From an uncultured virus (IMG/VR IMGVR_UViG_3300023227_000005) (Duplodnaviria; Heunggongvirae; Uroviricota; Caudoviricetes), in the IMG/VR virus record IMGVR_UViG_3300023227_000005: DNA of 64,000 nucleotides, one strand, 5' to 3'. Made by a program: the position numbers and the translations under genes. Shown one piece after another: positions 18,901 to 28,596 of the stretch; position 1 is the stretch's first letter; each line of letters begins with the position of its first letter. Under the pieces are notes generated by a model. It worked only from the letters and a program-made list of their open reading frames with translations. It was not told the DNA's origin and did no database searches.

Positions 18901-20829
18901 GTAAACGACAAACACGAGTTTAACTATAGACCTGAGCCACAAGGTGGTTTCTACGAATTCGGCTTGTTTAACAATCTACTAACGGATGAGCACCACAGGC
19001 TAATTCCAGACACGTCGAAGTTGCCCCTTGGCACTCAGCAGGCTCTTATGCCTAGAGACTTGACCAACTTCTTAACGGAGCAAAATAGAGTCACTTGTTA
19101 CGCAAGGTTTGACAATAGTCAGTTCTTGAACTTTAGCAAGATGCCAGAAGGTTCAATAGCTCAACAAGCAGTAACTAGAGAGGGGTATATTATCCCAGAT
19201 GTTACCAATCAGCTTGAGAACATGGAAGAAGACCAAATGTCTGATTTCCCTAACCAGGAATACACAGAAGAGGGCTCCCCAGATAGAACCAAATTTGTTG
19301 CTTTTGTTAAGTGTGAGCTTGATGAAAGATTCTACATGCCCCCAAGAGTCAATTACAACGTTAGAACAGAAGTTTTTGCCAGAGAAGTAGATGACATTGG
19401 AAAGATTACTCCACCTAGTCAAATTTGGAGTGAATCAAAAGGCAAGTTCGTAGACTCATATCCAATCTACAAGTCGCACTTTATCCCTTCTAGCGGAGAT
19501 GGCACACCCGATAGTCGAGGAGGGGTAGACGGAACAGACGTATTAGAAGAAGACTTCATGAGATACTGGGACATCTTGCAAAGCGGAGAGTTGGTAAACA
19601 CCGCCCCTGCTAACCAAGACTCTAACCACGTGTATGCCCTTATTACTTTACCTGCCCAAATCCAAAGTACAATTGATTCAAGAATGAAAGATGGCCCATT
19701 TCAAACTTATCAAGCTGGTGCCATTAAGCACTTCTTGGCTATGGATACAGTCAAGGGTGTAAATGGACTAGAGAAGCCAGCTATTAAAGGCAAGTCCCCA
19801 AATTTCCTTCCTGGTGATACAGACATAATTAACGTAGAAGGTGATTTCACTTCTAATACTGATCCTATGGCAAACGCATTCAACGCACACAGAGCGGCCC
19901 TGAAAAGTCTATCTGCTAATTCGTTGTCTGTTCTTAACATGACTAATCCATCTCCTGTTTATCCAGACTTAGTCGTTATTCCTTTGATGTCTCAAGAGAG
20001 GTGTTACGGCCCTTGGTTGTCTTCTCAAGTAGAGTCTGATAGTAAAACATACGCTGAGATCCCAGGTAAGGTGGACTTTATTAAGGATGAAAACTTAGCA
20101 CCATGGAACTACGCTGGTTATCAACTGATGGACGAAGCTGGTAAGCTACAAGCACAGTTCTCAAATAGCCTACAGTTATTCACAGAGAATGGTAGTTTAA
20201 GTTATGAAGGATTACCATCTGGTAACACTCTTTGTAGTTCGCTTATTGAAGGTGGCCCATTGGTTACTAATATCGACGTGTCTATTGGTGCTTCTGATGG
20301 AGTCAATACTAACTACTCAATGAACATTTATACGCCAAGGTTTGGTAGACTTCAAAAACAAAGACAAGACTTGATTTCTCAGATTTCAAGACAAAGACAA
20401 CAGATCACAGACGAAAGAAATGCTCTTATCAGAAAGGGCATGGGCAAGGCTCAGAAGTCTGTTAACTATGCCGTTATGAAGCAAAGCCTAGATTCTATCA
20501 ATGGTGCTTCAAGGTTTGCAGACTCTTGGGCAGAGAGGGTGCAAAGGGGAGAAGACCTTGGAATTACAGAGGTTGCAGCACTAGAAGAGACAACTACTAC
20601 ACATGTAGGCGAAGACGGAAAATCTGGACAAAAGAAAAGAACCGGATTTAGTGACACCAGTAGACCATCCGTAGCCACAAGGGCTGCTATAGACAAGGCT
20701 CCAACGGAAGCAGACAAGAGAAACGTGAAGGCAAACTCAGCAACTAGGGCTCCAAGTCCTCCTGCTAGTAGATCAGTTCACCCGTCTCTTCCTGCTGGAA
20801 AGCCAGTTAACACTCACTTTGAAGTTTAG
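15970..20829 (+). CDS. Large putative virion structural protein (tail/baseplate hub-like)
   Basis: 1619-aa ORF with GAGG RBS; structural context; no catalytic motif recognised. Confidence 0.55.
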   Translation: MSSDLGYSVNPASGAYGSSWPGSGAVPESYSAAGWTLNNEGFTQQTFLGGSVRNFSAQGAFGDSSSMLSVSLVDDEFNTSDGFGLGIGDDVYHNGVEDEFNPPPVGSPVFFKFGKGFATIEQSWRKTFDDIYDYHTFNPILELPIREVSGVLQELNPGEYVDIENSDISGSGGNGRTYTVVDKSSITYDNHNAVGSGHFVFGGILQRYKESNNTEGKNLYDTTVVDPREILSNTTLILNNYSDSTLNCPNLINIFGFLEYNPTTQLRNRMNTFYENSGILTKDVQSNGTVIYRGGVDPFTMDSIPQYTDSYARSDWLGTIFGRIGPGAVRDSIIDRLFDTDGDGNRNLPNEFPFTGTSYCRRCEKGVPFYRIVQGINALMGFAGPLPEEYEVKNFGGRINFRGFNYVVDFTGLPSEKIPPMYFFDFDQMTLMEFLQEFCETISHDLYVSLLPVIDHPGCDYYYKQNKRAIENNEPENLIAGIIRIDTIDRSVKPEYGAIDKFIKNLEKDNINVTSKEVGYELSNISTDKFIVGAQEVEMHYFTTNGDRDHLEVRKSQNGLPNRLQQQISEQWHLSNSLKQQVLPFYGFLGKDAITIPRGYGSFQQIMLDTTSLNANGVGNYYVATEIELRAASVSFEAWKEFLLQYNDLYMESTEEDDIIQGSLLRTSDPSNPAFDISVPTNLSNNYAVTVPRCIFRSERNYMGEDGLPASPCNPPFGYPLYYKRGLKIGLPEAGLAAFYNSGNRIVTSLQKFESTGNKNWKELVNSTLKESLNDKRPGISPEEKAFIKEIKSILNNANSKAEDVIALIQEKLTKHESVFKSVPRLSEKHTDNALKIYNFVKGVADQNLGRKFLVKIPKETNSFYSNVIGLKSTSKLAIPTVASTADDERVNELQWGPFGFMPRKISDNIGVLYDSQYNFQLYQMRLFTETLNENVHKAYLDLGIENGVSSLVGNYLDGASFVFDRRYGALQSDYNGVNDKHEFNYRPEPQGGFYEFGLFNNLLTDEHHRLIPDTSKLPLGTQQALMPRDLTNFLTEQNRVTCYARFDNSQFLNFSKMPEGSIAQQAVTREGYIIPDVTNQLENMEEDQMSDFPNQEYTEEGSPDRTKFVAFVKCELDERFYMPPRVNYNVRTEVFAREVDDIGKITPPSQIWSESKGKFVDSYPIYKSHFIPSSGDGTPDSRGGVDGTDVLEEDFMRYWDILQSGELVNTAPANQDSNHVYALITLPAQIQSTIDSRMKDGPFQTYQAGAIKHFLAMDTVKGVNGLEKPAIKGKSPNFLPGDTDIINVEGDFTSNTDPMANAFNAHRAALKSLSANSLSVLNMTNPSPVYPDLVVIPLMSQERCYGPWLSSQVESDSKTYAEIPGKVDFIKDENLAPWNYAGYQLMDEAGKLQAQFSNSLQLFTENGSLSYEGLPSGNTLCSSLIEGGPLVTNIDVSIGASDGVNTNYSMNIYTPRFGRLQKQRQDLISQISRQRQQITDERNALIRKGMGKAQKSVNYAVMKQSLDSINGASRFADSWAERVQRGEDLGITEVAALEETTTTHVGEDGKSGQKKRTGFSDTSRPSVATRAAIDKAPTEADKRNVKANSATRAPSPPASRSVHPSLPAGKPVNTHFEV

Positions 20830-20835
20830 GATATT

Positions 20836-23800
20836 ATGGACCATACAATTCAAACAAACGACCCAATTATGAAGTTGGTCGGTATGCAGATTTTTGATCT
20901 GGATACCCTGGAAGATTTTGCTAAGAGTCATCAAACTGGTGCTCAATTTGCCCCTTATATTACAATAGACCCATTAGGTGCCACTTGCACGCCTGGAGAG
21001 TTGTATGGTGGTGTCTTGACTGGCGTTGCGGAGATTATGAGATGGGATGATGACGATAGAGCATACGAAACAACTGCCCTAAATACCTACCCCGTCGTAG
21101 ACGAAGCTGTTAAGCCTGAGGCTGAATGGGCTTCTATTGCTAACGACTTAGTACTTAGAGAGAAGTATAGACACGAAAGCGATTCCGAAGATTACTTTAG
21201 TGATTACAGTTTTAACTTAGACCAAGCCGAAGACCTGGTGGGAGATATCAAGAATAGTTGCTCAGGCGATGCCGTTTGGCACCCAGAGTTATACTACGTT
21301 GTGGGCGGAAGGTTTGTGCAGAAGTTTGCCCCAAGGCTTTCAATTTCCCTGTTTGATTCTTCTAAGAGTCCTATGGCTCAAGAGATTGCGACTTACGCAC
21401 CCTTCATCGCAGATATCCCTAGAACCAAAGGGGGCTTGAAGTATGGAGCTAGAGAAACAGAAAAAAGAGAAGACAAAGACGGCATCGCTAGTTACAGGCC
21501 TGTTATAGAGGGTGGGCGTGCAAATCCAGACAACCTTCGTGCTGGTGAACTAGACGTTACATACAACAGAACAATAGGAAAGTTCGAGGCTGGTACTAGA
21601 CAGGTTCTCGTAAGACTTACAACAGATATTCTGAGTGTTAATTCTCCTGGGTTCGATCCTGATACCGTACACTCCCTAGATCACGACCAAGTATACAAGA
21701 AAGACGCTCCGTTTAACCAAATTGGAGACTGGGATAAGGGGTCAAGTATTGGTAGTGGAATTCCCGTCAACATCCAAAAGGGAAACCCATACCTGTTCGG
21801 CCCTAACTACGTTAACAGATACGACAAGGATGACGAGTATCGAAAAGAAGAGATTAGGATCACTAACAGAACGCCGAGAAACTTTCAAGCAAATCAGCTT
21901 GTAATGTGTAGCTTCTTAGACGGCGAGTGGATTCCACAAGACCTGGGACAAGATGGTGGCATTGCCGCTAAGTTTAGCGTTCAGAGATGGCAGTTTCAAA
22001 AGCTTGTCGCTGGTGCTGACGATTTCTTTAGAGACGAGAGATACTTAAACGCCTCTGCCCCAGACTACACTAAGCAAAGAATTGATCCTCAAAGCTATGA
22101 GATCATGATGCGTAATAGATTCTACCTAGGCCTAAAGAACTACTTGGGCGGGAGCACTTCTCCCGTTCCAGATGGTAGCTATCCAGTGGACTTTTTAACA
22201 GACTTAGATCCGCAGGTATTTGGTGCCCTTGGGTATATGAACCTGGGCAATAATGACGATGCAGTACTAGATAGTGAAGACCCTAAGAATTGGGATTTTA
22301 TTCCTTCTAATCGCTATACTCAAATCACAGCGTTTGACCAAATGGGCAACTTCGCTGGCGGAAAGAACAAGGCAAACGTAATCGCTAGAACTAACGCTAT
22401 CGCCCCCATAGACACCACCAAGGAAGACTCCGATCCATTCGCTCCTTATGAAATGATGGAGTACTGGGGGCCTACTTTCCCTCGTGGTTTTAACTCCGAA
22501 GATGTGCAAGGGCTTTCTAGCGTAAGAAAAAACGTAACACTTAGACCAATGCCCGGCTATGGCTCCTACTCTACCAATGACTTCTTCTTTCAAGAGACAG
22601 AGTTTGAATATGTGGCTACAACTGGAGAGCCTGCCCTAGTAGACAATTTGCCCGATAGGAATGTTTCAATTTCCTACGCTGGTAAGGGTATGTTTTTCAA
22701 CAGTAGAGACAAGACGGCCCTCAACCTGCCAGCAGAAGTGGGTACAAACGGCCCACCTAATCAGGATAGATGTTCTCCAATCGAGAGTCTTTCTGCTTTA
22801 GATGACACCGCTAATGAATCGAAAAATCTAGTAGACGCATTCGAGCTTGCTACTAGAAGAGATTATGCAACCGGAGAGCAAACTAGGTTTAATTGGTTGT
22901 ACAGACATGACGAAGACGATCCAGTTGGTGGCATAACGACACCCGTGTATGGTTTTAGACCTAATAGCCCCAGTTCAATTGATTTTTATCCTTTAGCTGC
23001 CGAAGTTGTTTCGTCAACTGACTACAATCGTGGTGGAACAAGTTCAGAGCCGGGTGTCTCTCTTGAGTATGGTATGCTGCCCTTGATGGCTAGAAATACA
23101 GAAATTAGGAATGCCGTCTGGCATAAGGACTTTATTACCAACGGAGTAGACCACCTTCTAGGTTCTGACCACCTGTTTATTAGAAATCGCCATGTAGGAA
23201 AACGAGACTTCGTTCAGTACTCCTATAATGGGTTTGCTAGTGCTCCAGACCCTTCTAAGAAGAACTACACCCTTCCTTACTTTGGTTACGTTGAGAAGAG
23301 GTCTACTGGAGACAATAAGATCTCTCTACCGGCCATTTGGCCAGACGAGCAAGATGAAAACGCCAGTTGTGTTGGTGTTATCGCTTCTAGGTGCCGAATT
23401 TCCTTTAGGGGTGACGGTTTGAAGTTCAACTTAGATCAACAGTTTGGCTTACAGACTGACACTAGATCTACTTTAGGCACCGCTGGTAGTTTTAATGCCA
23501 TCGGCAACATATTCTCTGCTTCCACACAGGGTACGCAGTCTAGCTCTAATAGTTATCCAAGATGGGGAGGATTAAGCGATGAGCCCAATAGGTTCAAAAC
23601 AACAGCCCTTCACATGAAGATGTTTGACGCTTGGCCAGAAGACCAGACCATTTATGACGCTAGATACTTCTCTGTGTTTCATTTTAACCCAGGTTCTTTA
23701 TTAAGTAGGCCAGACCAAGCGGAAGAAGAGATTACGGTCCCTGGCGTTGCTCCATTCAAGCCTGACGTTTTAACGGAATCTGTTGACTTTAGGGTTCCTA

Positions 23801-24486
23801 CTTATCCAGACAACACTCCAGCTAAGCATGGGGATGTAATTGATGGGGATGTCATTTTGGCAGACGAAGAAAACTGGAGAGTTAACACAATGAGAAGGGG
23901 CATGATGCTTTCAGACGGAGGCTTTAGGTACTACAAAACCTCTTGTGGCGTCAAAGAGTCTTCTATCATCGATGGAGGCACCGGCTATGAGGATCAAGAG
24001 ATATTAGAAGTCTCTGGTGGCTCTGGAAAAGACGCGACTGTCAAGATTTCAGTAGATGCTTCTGGTACTATTGTCAGCATGGTAGCTGAAAACAGAGGAG
24101 AAGGCTATATTCCAAGTGATTTTGGAGATCCCTCAGACCCTACAACCTCTAAACTTAGCTTAGTAGGCGGAAAGGGCACTGGATCTGACGTAAAGATTAC
24201 AAAGGGCATAATGCACAGGGTAGAATACCTAGATGAAGGCCCAAAGAACAGATCTCAAGGCTATATTCGATTAACAGATGGGAATGGAGACGGCAGAGGA
24301 AACGCCGGGGAAGGCTTCGTAGAAGGACCAAGAGAACAATTCTTAACCATTGAAGAGCAAAGCGATACAGGTGAGTACGATATGTTCTTCTATTTTCACA
24401 ACGACATTACTCATACAGTCCATGATGGTGGTGGTAGAATGCTCATTGAGCCCCAAAGGGTTTCAATGGAGATTACCGCCCTTTAG
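20836..24486 (+). CDS. Large putative virion structural protein
   Basis: 1216-aa ORF; C-terminal IIDGGTGY...ENRGEGY Gly-rich repeats typical of phage structural proteins. Confidence 0.55.
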   Translation: MDHTIQTNDPIMKLVGMQIFDLDTLEDFAKSHQTGAQFAPYITIDPLGATCTPGELYGGVLTGVAEIMRWDDDDRAYETTALNTYPVVDEAVKPEAEWASIANDLVLREKYRHESDSEDYFSDYSFNLDQAEDLVGDIKNSCSGDAVWHPELYYVVGGRFVQKFAPRLSISLFDSSKSPMAQEIATYAPFIADIPRTKGGLKYGARETEKREDKDGIASYRPVIEGGRANPDNLRAGELDVTYNRTIGKFEAGTRQVLVRLTTDILSVNSPGFDPDTVHSLDHDQVYKKDAPFNQIGDWDKGSSIGSGIPVNIQKGNPYLFGPNYVNRYDKDDEYRKEEIRITNRTPRNFQANQLVMCSFLDGEWIPQDLGQDGGIAAKFSVQRWQFQKLVAGADDFFRDERYLNASAPDYTKQRIDPQSYEIMMRNRFYLGLKNYLGGSTSPVPDGSYPVDFLTDLDPQVFGALGYMNLGNNDDAVLDSEDPKNWDFIPSNRYTQITAFDQMGNFAGGKNKANVIARTNAIAPIDTTKEDSDPFAPYEMMEYWGPTFPRGFNSEDVQGLSSVRKNVTLRPMPGYGSYSTNDFFFQETEFEYVATTGEPALVDNLPDRNVSISYAGKGMFFNSRDKTALNLPAEVGTNGPPNQDRCSPIESLSALDDTANESKNLVDAFELATRRDYATGEQTRFNWLYRHDEDDPVGGITTPVYGFRPNSPSSIDFYPLAAEVVSSTDYNRGGTSSEPGVSLEYGMLPLMARNTEIRNAVWHKDFITNGVDHLLGSDHLFIRNRHVGKRDFVQYSYNGFASAPDPSKKNYTLPYFGYVEKRSTGDNKISLPAIWPDEQDENASCVGVIASRCRISFRGDGLKFNLDQQFGLQTDTRSTLGTAGSFNAIGNIFSASTQGTQSSSNSYPRWGGLSDEPNRFKTTALHMKMFDAWPEDQTIYDARYFSVFHFNPGSLLSRPDQAEEEITVPGVAPFKPDVLTESVDFRVPTYPDNTPAKHGDVIDGDVILADEENWRVNTMRRGMMLSDGGFRYYKTSCGVKESSIIDGGTGYEDQEILEVSGGSGKDATVKISVDASGTIVSMVAENRGEGYIPSDFGDPSDPTTSKLSLVGGKGTGSDVKITKGIMHRVEYLDEGPKNRSQGYIRLTDGNGDGRGNAGEGFVEGPREQFLTIEEQSDTGEYDMFFYFHNDITHTVHDGGGRMLIEPQRVSMEITAL

Positions 24487-24494
24487 TGTATAAT
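24486..24494 (+). promoter_or_regulatory. GTGTATAAT putative late promoter
   Basis: Exact motif 30 bp upstream of 24524 start, which has an AGGAG RBS. Confidence 0.65.
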
Positions 24495-24523
24495 AACACA
24501 GAACAACATACAGGAGAAACAAA

Positions 24524-25249
24524 ATGGCAGATATCAAATTTTATGCAACAGAACAGAACGCAGCCAACGTAGGTGGCGTACTAATCACACACGAAGAAGG
24601 TTCTGGCCTTGGCTTCTATGGCAATGGGTACGGTGTTTCTGTCCCTATTGGTGGAACTCAAGACAGCACTTGGTTAACTAACTCAGATGGGACAGCTAGT
24701 GAGAGGGTTCGCCTTCAAAACACTAAGGCTGTAGACTTTGTAAATAAGGACAAAGTAGCCATCAACGGACAAGCTCCTGTGGGCCTCGATAAGCTCACCA
24801 ACGGCCAGTGCCCACTAAACATCAGGTTTGAGCACGACGAGGCTGTACGGGTGCAAAACTGCAAGCTGAGAGTGTTTGACAGGAACAACATCGCCAATCA
24901 GGCCAGTGGTGTCACTACTTATGTTTACGAAGCTCGACACCCAGCATCAGATGAGAACGCGGGAGTCCTAGATCAAGCAGGTAGAGACGCTTTGACTTGG
25001 TATGAATTCGATCCAGTTGACGACATGTCAGACATGCCCTTGACTTCGTCTCCAGGCGTTAGCGGTGTTAATACCACATCAGACGACGACTATGACTTCA
25101 CTGGTCCCCAGGGACAACAAGTGCTTTCGTTCCAAGGACTTAGCCATACAAGCCTAAGACACGACTGGTATGTGGGACTTAGTTCTCAGCCTGACAGCAT
25201 TGGAAGTAAAATAAATTATGCTCTTTATATTTCAGTAGAATACCTATAG
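24524..25249 (+). CDS. Putative virion structural protein
   Basis: 241-aa ORF, strong RBS, own promoter motif, last gene of + arm. Confidence 0.6.
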   Translation: MADIKFYATEQNAANVGGVLITHEEGSGLGFYGNGYGVSVPIGGTQDSTWLTNSDGTASERVRLQNTKAVDFVNKDKVAINGQAPVGLDKLTNGQCPLNIRFEHDEAVRVQNCKLRVFDRNNIANQASGVTTYVYEARHPASDENAGVLDQAGRDALTWYEFDPVDDMSDMPLTSSPGVSGVNTTSDDDYDFTGPQGQQVLSFQGLSHTSLRHDWYVGLSSQPDSIGSKINYALYISVEYL

Positions 25250-25369
25250 GAACAAAAACATAAGATTGTTTAGATAGTTTTTTGAATTTTAGCTTAAAGA
25301 ATATCAGGATTCTCAATAATTCTTTTAGAGTGGACCCTCACTATGTTGGGGCTAGCGATTTAGACGCAT

Positions 25370-25406
25370 AAAAAAAGGGAGGCCCCTCACGGAGTCTCCC
25401 TTTTTT
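25370..25406. terminator. Bidirectional rho-independent terminator between convergent arms
   Basis: A7-GGGAGGCCCC-TCAC-GGAGTCTCCC-T6: GC stem flanked by A and T tracts. Confidence 0.85.
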
Positions 25407-25420
25407 CGTAGACACTTGGC

Positions 25421-25753
25421 TTAGACGTAACCGCCTGATGCCTTGTCCCACTTGACCCACCCGCCGTCTGGCAGATACTTATCGCCATCCTTCTTCTTCG
25501 GGAATAGGCCCTTACCATCTTTGTTAGCACCGAATGCCAACTTAGCTCCACACTTGTTACATCGTAACTCGTAGTAGTCGTTTCCGTCTACGGTACGCTT
25601 TACAAATCGCAAGTCGTCGCTACCGCACTTGCCGCAGGTTGAAACGTCAAAGATCTCTTGAAACTCTGCAATCTGACCAAATAGGTCTTTAGCGGAGTTA
25701 CCTTCAAAACCGACGTTAATTCTGCCGTTGGCAGTTGTGTAATTCAACTTCAT
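25421..25753 (-). CDS. Zinc-ribbon protein
   Basis: CGKC...CNKC motifs, 110 aa. Confidence 0.7.
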   Translation of the reverse strand: MKLNYTTANGRINVGFEGNSAKDLFGQIAEFQEIFDVSTCGKCGSDDLRFVKRTVDGNDYYELRCNKCGAKLAFGANKDGKGLFPKKKDGDKYLPDGGWVKWDKASGGYV

Positions 25754-25768
25754 TCTTTTTCACCTAAA

Positions 25769-26518
25769 CTATTTTTTGATATTTGTTGGAATGTCTTCTT
25801 TCTCGTCTCTGTACTTATGTAGTTGGTCAATACTAATACTAGCATCGGCCTTAGACAGAGCGTCGCCATCTTTTACCTTGATGACTTCCGATAAGAACTT
25901 CTCACGATCAATTTCAAGCTTATCAGCTAAAAAGCCAATAAGATTGTTTTGCTTATCAGTCGCAAGGTTGTCGCCCTTAAACTCACCATCCGTTTCTTTC
26001 TTCGCCTCTTCGGTTCGGACAGAATCACGGACAATTTGTTTGGCGTCTTTGTTTGTGATCTCGTCAGCCGAGACACGATTGATGCCTAGTGCCTTTCTCA
26101 AGGCCCTGGCTTCTGCTCTTGTACTGGCAATAGCGGATGGATAGATGGCAAACTTATCGTCAGTATTATCAACATAAGATTCGCCCACCTCTCTAAACAC
26201 TGTGCCGTCCTCAAATTCAACTTGGAAGACAATAGTTGCACGGCCAGGATGATCCACATTCGTTGCGGGGAACACTGTAGTAGGCCCACTTGATACAATC
26301 CTGCCTAGAACTAGGTTTGCCACACGTCGAAGCCCTGCCACCTTGGGCATTGGGTCTCCCTGCTCTGGCTGCACCAGTTCAGTTTCGTCAAATAGGCTCA
26401 TCACCCAACCAGCCCACTCTACAGAGGTTGGGTCTGGGGCAGATTCGCCGTTAACTACTAGTTCCACTTTGTCATCGCTCACTACTGTGTCGCTGAAAAT
26501 CTCTTCCTTCTCACTCAT
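25769..26518 (-). CDS. Rad52/Sak-like single-strand annealing protein (putative)
   Basis: AIASTRAEARALRKALGI..SADE motif; C-terminal ATDKQ...I..L helical module. Confidence 0.55.
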   Translation of the reverse strand: MSEKEEIFSDTVVSDDKVELVVNGESAPDPTSVEWAGWVMSLFDETELVQPEQGDPMPKVAGLRRVANLVLGRIVSSGPTTVFPATNVDHPGRATIVFQVEFEDGTVFREVGESYVDNTDDKFAIYPSAIASTRAEARALRKALGINRVSADEITNKDAKQIVRDSVRTEEAKKETDGEFKGDNLATDKQNNLIGFLADKLEIDREKFLSEVIKVKDGDALSKADASISIDQLHKYRDEKEDIPTNIKK

Positions 26519-27287
26519 AAGTTATCACCTTTAATTGGGAGTCAATTGTTCCTTCTGAAATCTGTGTAAGAACTTGAACCAAGTCCGTCTCTAGCTGAGC
26601 CAGTTTAGACAGGGCCATCGAACTACTTCGGTTTTCAATCCTGATAAGTTGATATCCTTTACTTAGGAGTACTCCATCTTTCTCAGTATCGAAGCCCACT
26701 TGCTTTCTTAGAGCCTTTTCTCCCCAAATCGGTGCGAAGTGAGAGAGTCCATCTATTTCTATTATAGTCCTTAACGCAGGAATGTACAAATCTATTTCGT
26801 AATTTTTTTGCGGAATCAGATCTTTCTTGTGAGCCTGGAATCTGTAGCCAGCACCAGCTACGAATTTCTGCACCTCACGCTCAAGCTTAGACCCCTCGAT
26901 AGCGGCCTTCCTAATTTGTGCGTGACCCTTCTTCCGCATGTCTTCTCTTTGTGCAGGGGTCATCTTCTTCCAATTGGCCTCAGCCTGCTTACGACGCTTC
27001 TCTTTCTCGGCTTCGTCCATATTGTTCCAATATCGAACAGCAGAATGGCTAATAGCAAGCCTCTCTTCTTTTGTTCTCTTTCTGCCCTTGGTTGGGTGCT
27101 CAACATTGCCCTTCTCTAGTGCGTTCTTCTGGGCTTCTGCTTTGCTTCGTAGTTTCACTCCTTCTTTCTTTAAGAGCCTACGAATCCTATTGGGGTTTGT
27201 GTTGTTCTTTCTGGCAATGTCGTATGTAGACTCTCCGTCTTTATACGCTTGAATTACCTCTGTTTTGTTTAGGTCTGTTTTAGTCAT
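26511..27287 (-). CDS. Homing endonuclease-like protein: HTH + NUMOD3-like + Vsr/DUF559-type PD-(D/E)XK domain
   Basis: YKDGESTYDIA HTH; KGRKRTKEERLAIS; YEIDLYIP...IEIDGLSHF...DTEKDGVLLSKGYQLIRI. Confidence 0.75.
   Translation of the reverse strand: MTKTDLNKTEVIQAYKDGESTYDIARKNNTNPNRIRRLLKKEGVKLRSKAEAQKNALEKGNVEHPTKGRKRTKEERLAISHSAVRYWNNMDEAEKEKRRKQAEANWKKMTPAQREDMRKKGHAQIRKAAIEGSKLEREVQKFVAGAGYRFQAHKKDLIPQKNYEIDLYIPALRTIIEIDGLSHFAPIWGEKALRKQVGFDTEKDGVLLSKGYQLIRIENRSSSMALSKLAQLETDLVQVLTQISEGTIDSQLKVITYE
26761..26789 (-). promoter_or_regulatory. sigma70-like promoter TTGTAC-17-TATAAT
   Basis: Similar -35/-10, same spacing and GAC-TATAAT-AG context as 40579; internal to endonuclease gene, upstream of annealase. 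Confidence 0.4.
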
Positions 27288-27720
27288 TGATAATATCCAC
27301 TACGTCTTCTAAGTTTTCACATGTCACAACGTCGTGTCTACAAAGCTTACGCTTTACATAGTCAACGTCTGAGCCACCAGCGAGAATGGTGACGTTCTCA
27401 TCTCGTAGGTATTGCAAGTAACCAAATAAATCTCTGTTCTTCTCAAGACCGAAGTAATAATACAGGTCTCTATTGTTAATCTCGTTTGACACGCTCTTGA
27501 TACCATCAAGGAATGTAACCACTAAAGAGCCCTTAAAATGACAAATATCAGTAGAATTGAAGATGCCAAAAGTTCTTTCTTCTGAACAGCGGCCCACATC
27601 TTGATAGAACAGGCTCGCATCCTTAAACTTTCGGGAAGACACCGCCTTGTTCGCGGCTTTATAAGCAGGAACAGAGACTCTACTGTCTCCTATGTTCTCA
27701 ATAAATACTCCAAAATTCAT
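27280..27720 (-). CDS. Hypothetical protein
   Basis: 146-aa ORF, GGAGG RBS, overlapping neighbours. Confidence 0.65.
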   Translation of the reverse strand: MNFGVFIENIGDSRVSVPAYKAANKAVSSRKFKDASLFYQDVGRCSEERTFGIFNSTDICHFKGSLVVTFLDGIKSVSNEINNRDLYYYFGLEKNRDLFGYLQYLRDENVTILAGGSDVDYVKRKLCRHDVVTCENLEDVVDIIND

Positions 27721-27839
27721 GAGGCCTCCACTGTTACTGTGACTTTGATATCGCCCTTTAATTTATCAAGCCAAGGATGCACATCCTTGTATTTACATGG
27801 ACAGAATTTAGGTCTGTGACCAGTTCCGCAAATTATCAT
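27717..27839 (-). pseudogene. 40-aa ORF, probable truncated SLOG/YspA-family gene
   Basis: Read by hand: MIICGTGHRPKFCPCKYKDVHPWLDKLKGDIKVTVTVEAS*; AAGGA RBS; GTGHRP is the typical SLOG N-terminus. Confidence 0.45.
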
Positions 27840-27895
27840 TTATTATCCTTATTGTTGTAAGTATTATACATCAAGTCTTTAAAACCCCCATCTTC

Positions 27896-28258
27896 TTAGT
27901 ATCTCATTCCTTTTGGATCAAAAGCTCGTGATCTCTTCATTGGTTTTGTTTGAAAGAAGTCCTTGTCTACTCCCAAGATCTCTCCTAAGATTAAACCCCT
28001 ACCCTCGTGTCCGATCTTGAAATAGCGACACCAACCTTCATCGCTATGTTCGTAGGTGACAAATCTTTCCTTTGGAAAAATCCATCGCCCCTTTTGCTCA
28101 TTGATGGTTGGCTTTAGCTTGTTGTCAAACTTGATATCAATTCCATTGAACCCAAACTCAAAGCCGCTTGTCATGACTTGTTGCTTCGCCTTGAACACGT
28201 CTGGATGCTCTTTCAAATATCGAAATGTAGTTTCGTGCATATACATTACTCTATTCAT
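27896..28258 (-). CDS. Hypothetical protein
   Basis: 120-aa ORF coupled by TAATG. Confidence 0.6.
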   Translation of the reverse strand: MNRVMYMHETTFRYLKEHPDVFKAKQQVMTSGFEFGFNGIDIKFDNKLKPTINEQKGRWIFPKERFVTYEHSDEGWCRYFKIGHEGRGLILGEILGVDKDFFQTKPMKRSRAFDPKGMRY

Positions 28259-28596
28259 TAGTATGTCACCTTGTTGTTTTCTGATATTTTTTTACACATA
28301 CGGATAAACGCTCCTTGGTCTAGGGACATTTTCATGTTATTTACATACTTATGAACCCACTGAACGTTGCCCTCCTTTATGCCTGTTAGATAGCCACAAG
28401 AGATGTCTCCATAATCAACACTTTTTCTAGTACGACAGACGCATCTGCATTTAAGGTCTGATTTTTGGTATCTTCTTTCTGCCGTCTTACCACAAGCAGA
28501 ACAAAACACCTCGTATATCTGAAAACCATTGTGGGACTTTTTAACGAACTTTCCTACGGTCTTAGTCCCAAAGACTTCTCCTGTGTGACTCTTCAT
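28258..28596 (-). pseudogene. Internally deleted HNH homing endonuclease
   Basis: Retains GEVFG..TV..CSACG N-terminus and GNVQWVHKYVNNMKMSL C-terminus but lacks the central ..DRIDS..GY core seen in 48426..49112. Confidence 0.65.

Noticed and set aside
72..24897. Many short antisense or alternate-frame ORFs in the track, here and in the - arm
   Set aside because: They are shadows of long genes, without RBS or recognisable motifs
25250..25369. AT-rich gap before the terminator as a gene remnant or small RNA
   Set aside because: Multiple stops and no recognisable peptide or fold
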